Of a stretch of 64,000 nt of DNA, positions 1 through 11,771 are shown in pieces. Numbering within the stretch: the first letter of the stretch is position 1; every line of letters starts with the position of its first letter. Location of the stretch: positions 66,774,001 to 66,838,000 of the forward strand of contig NC_043003.1 in assembly GCF_006345805.1 (NCBI RefSeq). The letters run 5' to 3'. Source of the DNA: Octopus sinensis. Lineage: Eukaryota. The position numbers were made by a program, and so were the translations under genes. The notes under the pieces are model-generated. The model worked only from the letters and a program-made list of their open reading frames with translations. It did not search any database and was not told the origin of the DNA.

Positions 1-391
1 CGAAACTCTGCTGACTAATAGAAACTCGTTGTCCAGCACACGTTAACATACTGTTTTAAGATAAAAGAATACGAACAAATCTAAGCTGGACCAATAAGAA
101 ATCGTCAGATACTAAGGACAGACTATTATTTTTATTTGACCACGTGATTATTGGGCATATGGTCGTGTAATTAACTGGCTCGGTACCAATCCTCAGCTGA
201 AGCTAGAATTCACAAAACCAGAAAGGACATGGTAATTTATAGAAAATTACTGTTGTAGTCAATTTAACAGAATTTAATAGAATTGGGAAATGATGTTGAA
301 CATCAAACATCATACCCAGACGTATAGTTTGTACAATGTACAATTCCGTCAGCATACACATACAAATATGTGTATGCGTACATGAATGAAA

Positions 392-420
<29 letters not shown>

Positions 421-422
<2 letters not shown>

Positions 423-1290
423 ACATTAGGGTAATAAGAATTATAGAAAGCTTTATTACCAGCGGCCTTGCGCAAAAGAAATTAGTCAATAGACTATATA
501 TTATTCATATAGAATATCGTGTACATTAAAACACATTAAAAAGCCTTCATCATAGGGAAGCCTTGCGCTAGAAAGAGCAGTAAACAACTCAAACCACTAA
601 TTAGGGATAACTTCTCGAAGGGAATGAAAGTCTAAAACATTTACCATCTAATTTAGTTCCTACCATCTAGTTTAGATAGTAAATGTTTTTAATTTTCATT
701 CCCTTCGAGAATTTATCCCTAATTAGTGGTTTGAGTTGTTTACTGCTCTTTCTAGCGCAAGGTTTTCCTATGATGGAGGCCGCTTAATGTGTTTTAATAT
801 ACACGATATTTTATATGGATAATACATAGTCTATTGACTAAATTTTTGTGCTCTAGGCCACTGGTAATAAAAATTTCTATAATTCTTATTACCCTAATAT
901 TATTTATGTTTTAAATGATTTTTGATAAATTTGTTCGAGGTCTTACCGGCATCCTCTCTATTGCCAGTAATAAGCTGCGTCTGCGCAGTGGAATTGAAAA
1001 GTTAGAATATGCAAACCATGAGTTTACATGCGGAATCGATCTCGTGTGTATATTTAAAATCTAAAGGCTACCTACTGATGAAGACTGGCCTCAGTAAATC
1101 GTTTTTACTGAAATAAGACAGAAACCATGGTCTAGGAACTAAATTAGATGGTAAATGTTTTTAATTTTCATTCCCTTCAAGAATTTATCCCTAATTAGTG
1201 GTTTGAGTTGTTTACTGCTCTTTCTAGCGCAAGGCTTTCCTATGATGGAAGCCTCTGAATGTGTTTTAATGTACACGATAATTTATATAT
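421..1290. mobile_element. Fold-back plus tandem array of a ~472-nt non-coding repeat with a hammerhead-like motif (PLE-LTR/retrozyme-like, locus 1)
   Basis: 421-650 is the reverse complement of 673-902 with scattered mismatches. 673-820 recurs at 1145-1290 (period 472). Flanked by (TA)n. No ORF. Confidence 0.7.
1071..1136 (+). ncRNA. Degenerate type I hammerhead ribozyme motif
   Basis: CCTA-CTGATGA-[stem II region with TCAGTAAA/TTTACTGA hairpin]-GAAAC-CATG-GTC-TAGG. Core intact, stem I CCTA/TAGG, palindromic loop III. The base of stem II is poorly paired. Confidence 0.5.
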
Positions 1291-1307
1291 ATATATATAT
1301 GTATATA

Positions 1308-1589
1308 TTTCGTTTTGGGATTTGGTTTGCAAGATGCTTTATGTGAGTTCGTGTGTTGAAGCATATTCTGTTGTGTCTGGGAAGAGTCATTCTCTTGTTG
1401 GTGCCTTATAATTTAAATTACATATATATATATAATTTTAATATGGTTTTGAGTCAAAAATATTGAAAAGGTTGCAAGACGCAAGGAAAATTTTAGAAGA
1501 ATAAAAAAAAAATGTGGAAATTTTACCGGTGAGTGTGTTCAATTATAAGGCACCAAAAGAGAATTACTCTCCCCAGACACAATAGAATA

Positions 1590-1592
<3 letters not shown>
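1308..1592. repeat. Inverted pair of a dispersed repeat (probable PLE terminal repeat), same family as 55441-55612
   Basis: About 1342-1415 and 1530-1590 are reverse complements. Both match 55441-55612. Embedded in (TA)n. Confidence 0.55.
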
Positions 1593-1830
<238 letters not shown>

Positions 1831-2321
1831 GGAGAAAAGAAGTGTATTCCCAGAGAGGAAGGGAGTTTGTTTTGGCAGCTTAAAATGCACTTGAGCATTA
1901 AAACGGCTGGCCGATGTTGTAACAGATTTAATAAGATATATAACCAGTTTTGACAATTTTCTTTTGTTTATCAAAGGTAAATATTAAACAAAAATGGTTT
2001 TAGGGAGAGGTTAAAGTTACAAGGGGAAATTCGGAAAAATATGCTTAAAAGATCAAATGTTCTTAAAATTTCCAATATTGAAAGTGTTTCACTAAGGAAG
2101 GTGGTAATATAAGTTCAAGTGTTTCAGGAATTTCATTACAGTTACGTGTAATTGAAAGGCTCTGAATAAGCGCCTTCGCTTGGCAATTATAGCGTCAATA
2201 AGTATGGAATACCTACCCTCGCACTTTGTCAAGGAAAATATTTTAATAATCGTTTATGAATTTGTGTTGTAAGATTCTTGATGTGAAACCGTGAATTGCA
2301 ATAGATATTGTATTGCGGAAT

Positions 2322-2607
2322 ACTCTTTTTCTGTTTTATTTGTGTCAGTCATTTGGCTGCAGCCTTGCTGGAGCACTGCCTTTAGTCGAACAAATCGACC
2401 CAGAACTTTTTCTTTGTAAGTCTAGTACTTATTCTATTGGTTTCGTTTTGTCGAACCGCTAAGTTACGGGGACGTAAACGCACCTGCACCGGTTGTCAAG
2501 CGATGGTCAGGGGCAAGCACAGACACACACAGACACAGACACACACACGCACACACGCACACACACGCACACGCACACACACGTACATACACACACACAC
2601 GCATATA

Positions 2608-2655
<48 letters not shown>

Positions 2656-2817
2656 GACAGGTTTCTTTCAGTTTCCGTCTGCCAAATCCACTCACAAGGC
2701 TTTGGTCGGCTCGAAGCTATAACAGAAGACACTTGCCAAGGTGCCACACAGTGGGACTGAACCCGGAACCATGTGGTTGGTAAGCAAGCTACTCACCACA
2801 CAACCACTCCTGCTCCT
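2322..2817 (-). mobile_element. tRNA-derived SINE family B
   Basis: Reverse complement has head TGTGGTgAGtAGCTTGCTTaCCAACCACATGGTTCCGGGTTCAGTCCC (B-box), an internal TA/CA tract and tail CTCCAGCAaGGCtGCAGcCAAATGACtGAcAC. Many copies in the window. Confidence 0.85.
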
Positions 2818-3008
2818 GTATGTTCATTTTCTTTTTTCTTTTGCCAAATAAACACACACACTATACATTCGTTCCTGTCCACAAATCTTTCGTCACGTAT
2901 CTGTGACCTCTTCAGCTACACTTTCCGGCCTCGTGTGTACTCCTGCTCCTCTTACTCCATTCTGTTCTTCTATAATCGTTTTTGCTGTTATTGTTATTGT
3001 GGTTGTTA

Positions 3009-3009
<1 letters not shown>

Positions 3010-3066
<57 letters not shown>

Positions 3067-3480
3067 TTACTTCTGCTGTTGCCGCTGCTGTTACTACTAC
3101 TACTAGTGATGTTGCTGCCTCTACTACTACTACTACTACTACTACTACTAACTACTACTACTGCTACTGCTGCTGTTGCTGCTACTACCCCACCATCACC
3201 ACTACTACTAAGACTACTACTACTAATGCTGTTGCTATATCTACTACTACTACTACTGTTGCTACTACTACTACTACTACTACTACTACAACTACTACTA
3301 CCACTAATACTACTACCACCACTGCTGCTGCTGTTCTTGCTGCTCTTCATACCACTACTACAACTACTGCTACTGCTAAAACTACCATGACTATCACTAC
3401 TAATACCACTATTACTAATACAACTGCTACTGCGACAGCCAGAACAAGAACTACTACTACTACTTCTACTACTACTACAA
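3010..3480. repeat. (CTA)n/(CTG)n compound microsatellite
   Basis: Direct inspection. Confidence 0.95.
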
Positions 3481-3820
3481 TGCCATTACCCCGAATCTAA
3501 AGAACTGCAACCACTTTTGATTTTTGGAATGAAGCATCGTTTTCTTCTGATTCGGACTCTTGTCTCTTAGAATAGTTATTTATATCACCATTCAGGCATT
3601 ATGACATAATATCCGTAGCATGGTAACCACAATCTTTTATACAATTTAATGCCATTACAATTTTTCATTGATGTTGCACATCACAGCAGCCGATTTGCTT
3701 TCTTGCAGAAAACGACAGAGATATCTTTACGTTTCATGTACGACAAAAGCGACTGAGTTTGTTAAGGTTTGATGGTGTATCCAACACTGTTTGGTTCACA
3801 CGCTATGCTGTTATAAACGA

Positions 3821-3858
<38 letters not shown>

Positions 3859-4689
3859 TATATATATATAGTATATATACGTTTATATCGTCTATGGTAC
3901 ATTGTTTAGTGGAACTTGTTTAGTAGATCACAGACTAAGATATACCATTAATGCAGAAAACTAGTAATGTTTAAACTTTTTCTATGTAGCATTTACCATT
4001 GGCTTTACAACGTAATTTAATTGTTCTTTAGGTTATAAGATTACTTCCGGATCATCTTTCAAACAATTGTAGGAGATAACACAGCAGTAGAAAGACTGTC
4101 TGGATATTTGCGGTGACATCTAAAGTTGAAGCTATTGCTTAGAAGAAAAATATTCAGAGATAGTTTTCTCGTTTTTTCTTCATTGCAAATGGAAGGCGAT
4201 TTTAGATATCTAACAATTACGTTAGTAAATTCTAAATAAATCAATCTTAATTATGGCTATTGTGATATTGTAATAGTCGCTTATGTAAAATATTTAATGT
4301 ATGCACATTTCTGTTGGGCCTATTACTGCGGTATTTAGCATGCAATAAAACATCTGGCGTCCTTGTGAGTCACTGCTGTGACGAATTTTTCTCTCCCTCC
4401 ATTATCTAAATTTTTAACACGCTACAAATACTGCAGAAATTGAAAATAATATAAAAAATATTAAATATGTATATTCTGTAGTGTTCTTCCTTAGTCTTCT
4501 ATTTAAAATTCAAGCTTCTGATACCACCATGGTTGATCGAGAAGTGAATATCTCCCACACAACAACTGCAGCCAGGGTGCACCACGTCTACATCAACATT
4601 CACACTGCTGTGTATCCATGAACGCGAGAGCCTCTATGAAACTGCGTTATTAGCATAAACCAGGGGTGGGAAACAGTTGTAGTACTTCC

Positions 4690-4905
4690 ATGACTAATAC
4701 TTTTCTCACTCTGCAACTGCTATTGTTGCCATTGAGACCTCAGGATTTTTCGGATCCTGCACTGTTGATTTCTTCCGTAAAATCGGGATAACTGCGGCCC
4801 GTCTCAGAAATGAGTCCTCTGAAGTGGGGGTGGCTATTGTAGCGAGTGTTGCTCGTGATTTTCCGAGACAATACTTTTGCAATCTTGGCCGCGAGGCGGG
4901 GCTAA
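4690..4905 (+). pseudogene. Decayed C-terminus of a CRE-like non-LTR retrotransposon ORF (REL endonuclease region)
   Basis: Translates as AIVAIETSGFFGSCTVDFFRKIG...RLRNE, then after a frameshift WLL*RVLLVIFRDNTFAILAA. Resembles the recalled CRE-clade P(I/V)A(I/V)ETxGxxG...WLxQR(I/L)S(V/L)A(I/V)xRGN pattern. Confidence 0.45.
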
Positions 4906-5294
4906 ATACGCCATGCGTTTTGGGGGTGTACAATCCTTAATTTCCTCCACCCGATTCTTCTTCTGATTAATTCGCCTCCCCCTTTCTCACTTTTTGTTTA
5001 CTTAGTGAGGTTGTTATAGAGCTTTACCAAAATAATTTAATCGTTTATACTTTTAATGTTTTGTTTTCTTCCTTTTTTTCCTGTAAAAATATGATGGCAA
5101 TAAAATTGGGTTTTTAAAAATTAAAAGTTAACTACCATTGTTGTTGTTTATGATGATGTTGACACTACTGGCGCTTATTCTGTTGCTATCACAAGTAAAA
5201 GGGATAACATAATACATAGATAAGATATCAGTTATTCAGACTGCGAGTTCGTGTCCTAATTTTTAACAGATTAATATTCATTCTTAGGTTCAAA

Positions 5295-5510
5295 AGGCGG
5301 CAAACTGGCAGAATCGTTAACGCACCGGGCAAAATGTTTAGCGGCATTTCGTCTGTGTTTACGTTTAGAGTTCAAATTCCACCGAAGTCAACTTTGCCTT
5401 TCATCCTTTCGGGATCGATAAAAAGCAAAGCGATTAAACACCGGGGTCGATGTAATCGACCTATGCTCTCCCCGGTCTTGCTTGCCTTGTGCCAATATTT
5501 GAAATCAATA
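5295..5510 (+). mobile_element. tRNA-derived SINE family A
   Basis: A-box TGGCAGAATCGTTAAC, B-box GAGTTCAAATTCC, core GACTTTGCCTTTCATCCTTTCGGG. Confidence 0.85.
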
Positions 5511-5634
5511 TTTATTCTTAGTCTTCATAAAAATATGCTGTTGACTTAGGATTTAATATCTAGAATAAATTTGCGTCAATATGAAATGTCTCTTCTACAA
5601 AATACTAAAAACAGTCTCTTCTGCATCCGGACTT

Positions 5635-5890
5635 AAACATTTAACGTACGTCTGTCAATGGTCCTAGGTCTCATAAGGCCGGGGTTTCGCCTGGTCTGAA
5701 TGGCATGTAAGCAAGTGAGAATACAACACGCGCTACTGGGCGAGATATCGGTCAGTTACAGAGTTAACTTTGTAGGTATGCGTTGATCTCTTTTATAGCC
5801 AAGTAGACTGGGGCAATGTGAAATGAAGTGTATTACTTAAGAACACAAAGCATCGCCTGGTCTGGGAATCGAAATCACGATTGAATGATC
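5635..5890 (-). mobile_element. Diverged tRNA-derived SINE (family D-related)
   Basis: GTAGACTGGGGCAATGTGAAATGAAGTG...GGGAATCGAAATCACG matches the head region seen at 22380-22500 and 59030-59160. Confidence 0.6.
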
Positions 5891-6724
5891 TTGAATGAAG
5901 CACTCAAGAAGAAGGATCTTGAATGAAGAGGAGTACTAGGCCACTTGTCTTCGAAACGTTTAAATGCATTTGAAGTGATTGTCTAAAACTCAGGGTTGAA
6001 TTCTGACTACACAGTCGGGATAACGAGAAATCAAGAAAAAAAATCTGTGTTGGTTTCCGGTGTTATCTTTTAGTTTTTATTTGTCTGAGTCATTGATTTG
6101 CAGCCATGCTGGAGTACCACCTTGAGGGGTTTAGTCGAACAAATCAATCCCTATCTTTAAAGTCAGTTATTTTTTCTCGCGTTCTCTCTTGCTTATCCGT
6201 CAAGTTACTGGGACGTAAACACACCATCACTGGTCTTCGTTAGGACGTCAATTTTCTGCAGTTCTCTCCTTCTTGCTTTTGTTTTTTCCTGATAGCCGTC
6301 CTCCTGCAACTGTAATGAACTCGTGCAGCTGTCCACTTGCACTGTAATGAACTCCGAGAGCTTGCAGTTACCATACGTTCAGTGACCTTCCCCAATACAA
6401 TATCATACGTCACTTCACAAAAATTAGATTTCTACCGATTTTATTCCAAGTTCTATTGCATGACACTGGCGCCCATGACGGAACGTACCCCACAGTATAT
6501 TTTTCTTTAAAAGACCTTCAATATATTTGTCTCATTTACACAGGAGAATCTCCAGATTATGTCTATGCTCGACTGGGGTTCGTTTCTTTTTTAGCTCTTG
6601 CCGTATGGATCGTCTTTCATTCCTCATATTTTGACACAGGGACAACATTGTTTTAGAATCTTCAAGCCTTTGAGATATTTAGATATTTGTTCAAACTAAA
6701 AGAAAGGAAAGAAAGAAAGAAATA

Positions 6725-6755
<31 letters not shown>

Positions 6756-7415
6756 CAGGAAAGACACAACGAGAGGGAAAAGAAAACGTTTGGGAAAGAA
6801 AAAAAACAAAATGAGTGGTTGTAGGATTAATGTCTTTGAGCGATCTTTATACAAACAAATAATTTCTACTTGTGTAAATCCGGATACTGGTATCATTCAA
6901 GCCTCCTAGATTTTCTTATCAGATAAAATAATAAATGTGATTTACTTACAGTATTCCTGTTGTATATAGTACGATAAACAGACAGACAGTCAATTCTCAC
7001 ACTTTCGCAGTCTTAGTTTTAATTTCCTCTTCCGTTTTTATTTGCTGTGTAAAAGCGAAGGCGTTGATGTTTTGCTATGTCTGTACTTTATATTGTTACA
7101 GCCATGTCTGTCTTTACGTCGTAAAACTTTATTCATTTTTATAAGATATATTTATTGACAGAAATATTTCACACCTTTCTTTAGATATCGTCAATTTATA
7201 AGATGATAAAACTTTCAGAAAATATCTGTTGAATTTATTTGAGATGCTTTATTGTTTTCTTCTAATTTAAGAACACATTTCAGACATTCTTTTTTCATTT
7301 TATACCATTTTCTACGTATAATCCATACTTTTATTGAGACTTCCATTCATTCATTTATTCATTCTTCTTCTCCTTCTTCTTCTTATTATTATTATTATTA
7401 TTATTATTATTAGTC

Positions 7416-7632
7416 AGGCGACGAGCTGGCAGAATCGCTAGCGCGTTGGGCAAGATGCTTAGCGGTATTTCGTCCGTCGCTGACGTTCTGAGATCAAATT
7501 CCGCCGAGGTCGACTTTACCTTTCATTCTTTCAGGGTCGATAAATTAAGTACCAGTTGTGTAATGGGGTCAATGTAATCGACGCATCCCCTCACTCAAAA
7601 TTGCTGCCCTTGTGTCAAAATTGGAAACCATT
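7416..7632 (+). mobile_element. SINE family A inserted in (TTA)n
   Basis: Head, B-box and core as at 5295. TTA tracts on both sides. Confidence 0.85.
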
Positions 7633-7654
7633 ATTATTATTATTATTATTATTA

Positions 7655-8735
7655 AAGCCTCTCGGATAGTTCTTAATTACCGGTTGTTCATTACTTGAAA
7701 GCAGGCAATAAAAAATCACCAAAGGTTTTAAGTAGTGCCTTCTCCTGTGACTCAAAGACACAATACTCTCCTTGGAATACGAGCTGTACCCAACGATGCT
7801 GTCTTTTGGATCACTTTGAGCCTGACAGCAGCGCCGGTATTCTTAATATGTTTTTCAAAGCTCTTGGAAACTGCTCTTAATGCTCCAATTACCACCGGTA
7901 TCACCATTACTTTCCTATCTTGTCCCGCAGAAGCTGGTATTTTTCACTCTTTTCTGATTCCATACATTTCACCCTCGAATCGCCTGGTATTGCAAAATCT
8001 ATTATCTTTATTTCTTATTCATCTTTATGGATGATCACGATATCTGGTCGTCTCGCCTTTATGACTTGATCGCGCTGCGTGTTAAAATCCAAGAGTATTT
8101 TGTAATGTTCGTTTTCCATTACTTCCCCTGGCTTGTGTTCATACAATTGTTTGGCTCTCTCGAGGTTTGCTTTACCACACAACGGTCACTGGACATATCT
8201 GACCACACTGTCGTGTCTCCTTTTGTATTCGCGTAATGCAAGCTTACAGTACTCACTAACAATATGGCTTATACTTTCTCCCTTCTCAGAGCACATCCTG
8301 CACTGCGGCGAGTCAGTGCTTTTATCATTGTGATATTTGGAGTAGTTTGTTCTGAGAGCTTCTTCTTGAGCGCTGCACACTAATGATCCAATCTCATCTT
8401 TCTTCTTCAAGAAGTGACAGTGCATTTTCATGTCCTGCCAAATTTTCTTCATCTACTCTTTCTGATCTTCCTTTAAATTGTGTTGCATCTACGGCTTCGT
8501 CTACTTTTAAGGTTCCCTGCATTTTCATTGCTTCAGTCATTTCTTCTTTACCCCCCTTGACATACAAAACCAGGCTATTCTCCTCTTCTCTTACACAACC
8601 TTCACAACAAACTAATCACCGTCCTCATTCTTTCCTCTTTAAATACAGTCTTGACGCATCACTCTTGGGGTGTAATTCCTTGTTCATTGTTATTAATTTA
8701 CGTGTTCTCCGGTCTATCTCTTGTAATTCATGCTT
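7655..8735 (-). mobile_element. 5'-truncated R4/Dong-type LINE 3' fragment (Zn knuckle + REL endonuclease), decayed
   Basis: Minus-strand peptides CRMCSEKGESISHIVSEYCKLALREYKRRHDSVVRYVQ, IIDFAIPGDSRV and IQKTASLGTARIPRRVL. 3' end runs into a TAA tract. Confidence 0.8.
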
Positions 8736-9056
8736 CTACCATCATCATCATCAGAACAAAGAGTTCACCATCAGTATCTGGCTACGCTGTGTGTTGGAAA
8801 TGGTGACCCGATTTTCTTCAACACCACACATACACACATACAAAACGCATACAAACACACACACGCACGCACACACACACAACACGCACGCACATATACA
8901 TTGAATTCTAACTACTGTTTATTAGTATCGGTTTACCAAACTAAAACCATCTCTCTCTCTCTCTCTCTTCCTTTCGCTCTCTCGCTCTCTCGCTCTATCT
9001 CTCTTCCTTTCGCTCTCTCTCTCTCTCTCTCTCTCTTCCCCTCTCCATATATATTA

Positions 9057-10095
9057 TAATGAAAAATGCAAACAGAAGAGATAATATTCTTAAGTTTATA
9101 AACCTGGAAAAGTACAGAACAAGTTATTACACTTGGAAAAGTTCAGGACAACTTGTTACGTCTGGTAAAGTACAGAACAAGAAAATTTCTACTTAAAATA
9201 TTGCAGCTAAAGATAAAATTTCAAATAAGATATTTAGATTTAGAAAATATTAGCTTTTATTAAAACATAACTCAAAATATTTTTTGTACTTTAAACAAAT
9301 TCATTTTTTTAGTTATTAGTTAATGATTATAAATTTGAAAATAGGTTATAAAAAATAATAGTAGTACATAATTAGATAGTACAATAAATAGAATAATACA
9401 AAAATTAGACATATTAATAGTAAAATCTACAGTGAAATTTGCTTGAGTTATTGCCAAAGTTATTGCAAAGTCTTCACATTTTTAGTCATGACCCACTGCC
9501 TATTTTTTACATTATGAATTTGCCTACCATTTATACTATTCTACTTTGCATAAAACTTTAGCTAAATTTGTACTTCTAGTTTTCAGTTTTTAAGTGCTCT
9601 AGTGTGTTAATATTTTAACAAACATATGGTACCGTTTTTAATTAGAATGTTACGTTGTAAATTAAAATCAAATAATTTTTAATAATCAAATTTTATCCTT
9701 AGCTGCAATATTTTAAGTAGAAATTTTCTACCTGATGTAATAACTAGTCCTGAACTTTTCTAATTGTAATAACTTGTCCTCTACTTTTCCAGATTTATAT
9801 ATTTCTTTACTGCCCACAGTGGGGCTAAACATAGAGGGGACAAACAAGGACAGACAAAGGGATAAAGTCGATTACATCGACTCCAGTGCGAAACTGGTGC
9901 TTAATTTATCGACCCTGAAAGGAAGAAGGGCAAAGTCGACCCCAGCGGAATTTGAACTCAGAATGTGGCGACAGACGAAATACTGCTAAGCATTTCGCCC
10001 GGCGTGTTAACGTTTCTGCCAGCTCACCGCCTTACTATTCCAGATTTATAATCTTAAGAATGTTATCTCTCTTGCTGGCATTTTCCAATGTAATT
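9057..10095. mobile_element. MITE-like non-autonomous element with ~170-bp terminal inverted repeats
   Basis: 9057-9228 is the reverse complement of 9690-9799 plus 10051-10095 once the nested SINE is removed. AT-rich non-coding interior. Confidence 0.6.
9800..10032 (-). mobile_element. SINE family A nested in the right TIR, with TSD
   Basis: Direct repeat TTCCAGATTTATA at 9787-9799 and 10038-10050. Confidence 0.9.
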
Positions 10096-10147
10096 CATGT
10101 TTTTTCCAGGCTATGCTGTTATGCTAATTAATGATGTGTGAAATGTG

Positions 10148-10540
10148 TCAATTAGCGGTGTCGTTGATAATTTTTTCCGGACCTCAATGATGCCGGTGAC
10201 ATATATTAAAAGTCTCTTTATAGAACTATATTCATAAAAAATATAGAACTATATTATCATACTCAAATTTTAGAAATAAACACTCATAAATTTTTCTTTT
10301 AAAAAAAATTTTCTTTTCTCGTCTCAGATATTACGGAATGTATTTATATGATGTAATTGCATTAATTAATACAGATGGCGTATTTAAACTAATTACAAAT
10401 TAGCGGTATCGTTGATAATTTCTTCCTTACCTCAATGATGCCGGTGACATATATTAAAAGTCCCCTTAAATAACCATAATCATGAAAAAAGTATGGAACA
10501 TAATAATCACTCTCAAATTGGAGAAACAATCGTTCATAAC
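10148..10540. repeat. Diverged ~250-bp tandem duplication
   Basis: AATTAGCGGT.TCGTTGATAATTT...CCTCAATGATGCCGGTGACATATATTAAAAGT occurs at about 10150 and 10398. Confidence 0.7.
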
Positions 10541-11067
10541 ATGTTTCATTTAAAACTTCATTGCATGAGATTCATACCATGAAATTCCCCGTGTTCAGCC
10601 TCGTCATTAATTAAAATATAGCTTGTTTTTAAAATAAAAAAGTTAATTATGCTCAAATCAAATTTTTTGCCCTGCCTATATATGTTTTCGTGGTATCTTA
10701 CCTCACAACTTTTCTGATAAAATTTTTTGTTGCATGGGACCAAAACAACGAAATTCCTCATGCTTTCTTCTATCATTGAAGCTAAGATAAATATATTTTG
10801 CTTTTAAAATCTAAAAACTTATTTAGATCTAAACTTGATGGGAGGCATTGTTTACTCTCCTATAACGTTGCTCCAAATTTTGATGCAAACTTTTTTCTAG
10901 TTGACGAAATCTCAATTTTTTAATGCCAAAATGTAGCTAGGGACCAGCCGTCTTCAAAAATGTTTTCAATATGGTTAAGAACTGAATTAGCGACAAACTG
11001 TGAAGATGCTACATGTGTGTAAATTACGGCCTCAAGAATGTTATTCAACTACTGCCGTAGTTGAATG

Positions 11068-11425
11068 AGGAGTGGCTGAGAGGTAAGTAGCTTGCTTACC
11101 AAAAGCATGGTTCCGGGTTCAGTCTCACTGCGTGGCACCTTGGACAAGTGTCTTCTGCTATAGCCTCGGGCCAACCAAAACCTTGTGAGTGGATTTGGTA
11201 GACGGAAACTGAAAAAAGCCCGTCATATATATATATGTGTGTGTTGTATGTGTGTTTGTGTGTTTTATGTGTGTGTGTTTTTGTCCACTCACCATCACCT
11301 GACAACCGATGTTGGTGTGGTTATGTCCAAGTAACCTAGCGGTTCGGCAAAAATAGACCGATAGAATAAGTACTAGGCTTACAAAGAATAAGTTCTGGAG
11401 TCGACGAAAGGTTGTACTCCAGCAT
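11068..11425 (+). mobile_element. SINE family B (3' end interrupted by family C SINE)
   Basis: Head GGTTCCGGGTTCAGTCtCACTGCGTGGCACCTTGG and body match 2322-2817. Confidence 0.85.
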
Positions 11426-11717
11426 GGTTAGGGCAGCGGACGCGCGGTTGTAGGATCGCGATTTCGATTCTCAGACCGGGCGTTGTGAGTGTCTGTTCAG
11501 CGAAAACACCTAAAGCTCCACGAGGCTCCAGCAGGGGTTGGTGGCGATCCCTGCTGTACTCTTTCTCCATAACTTTCTCTCACTCTTTCTTCTATTAGCC
11601 TGCTCGTTTAGCCAGCGGGTTGGCGTCATTTGAAGGCTAAAACAATGCAAAGCGCATTGTGACCAGCGATGTGTAGCAACATCTGATAGCCTGGTCGGTT
11701 ACGGGGATCACGGTGAT
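11425..11717 (+). mobile_element. tRNA(Arg)-like-headed SINE family C
   Basis: TGGTTAGGGCAGCGGACgCGCGGTTGTAGGATCGCGaTTTCGATTCtC head. Body matches 34458-34736. Confidence 0.85.
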
Positions 11718-11769
<52 letters not shown>

Positions 11770-11771
<2 letters not shown>

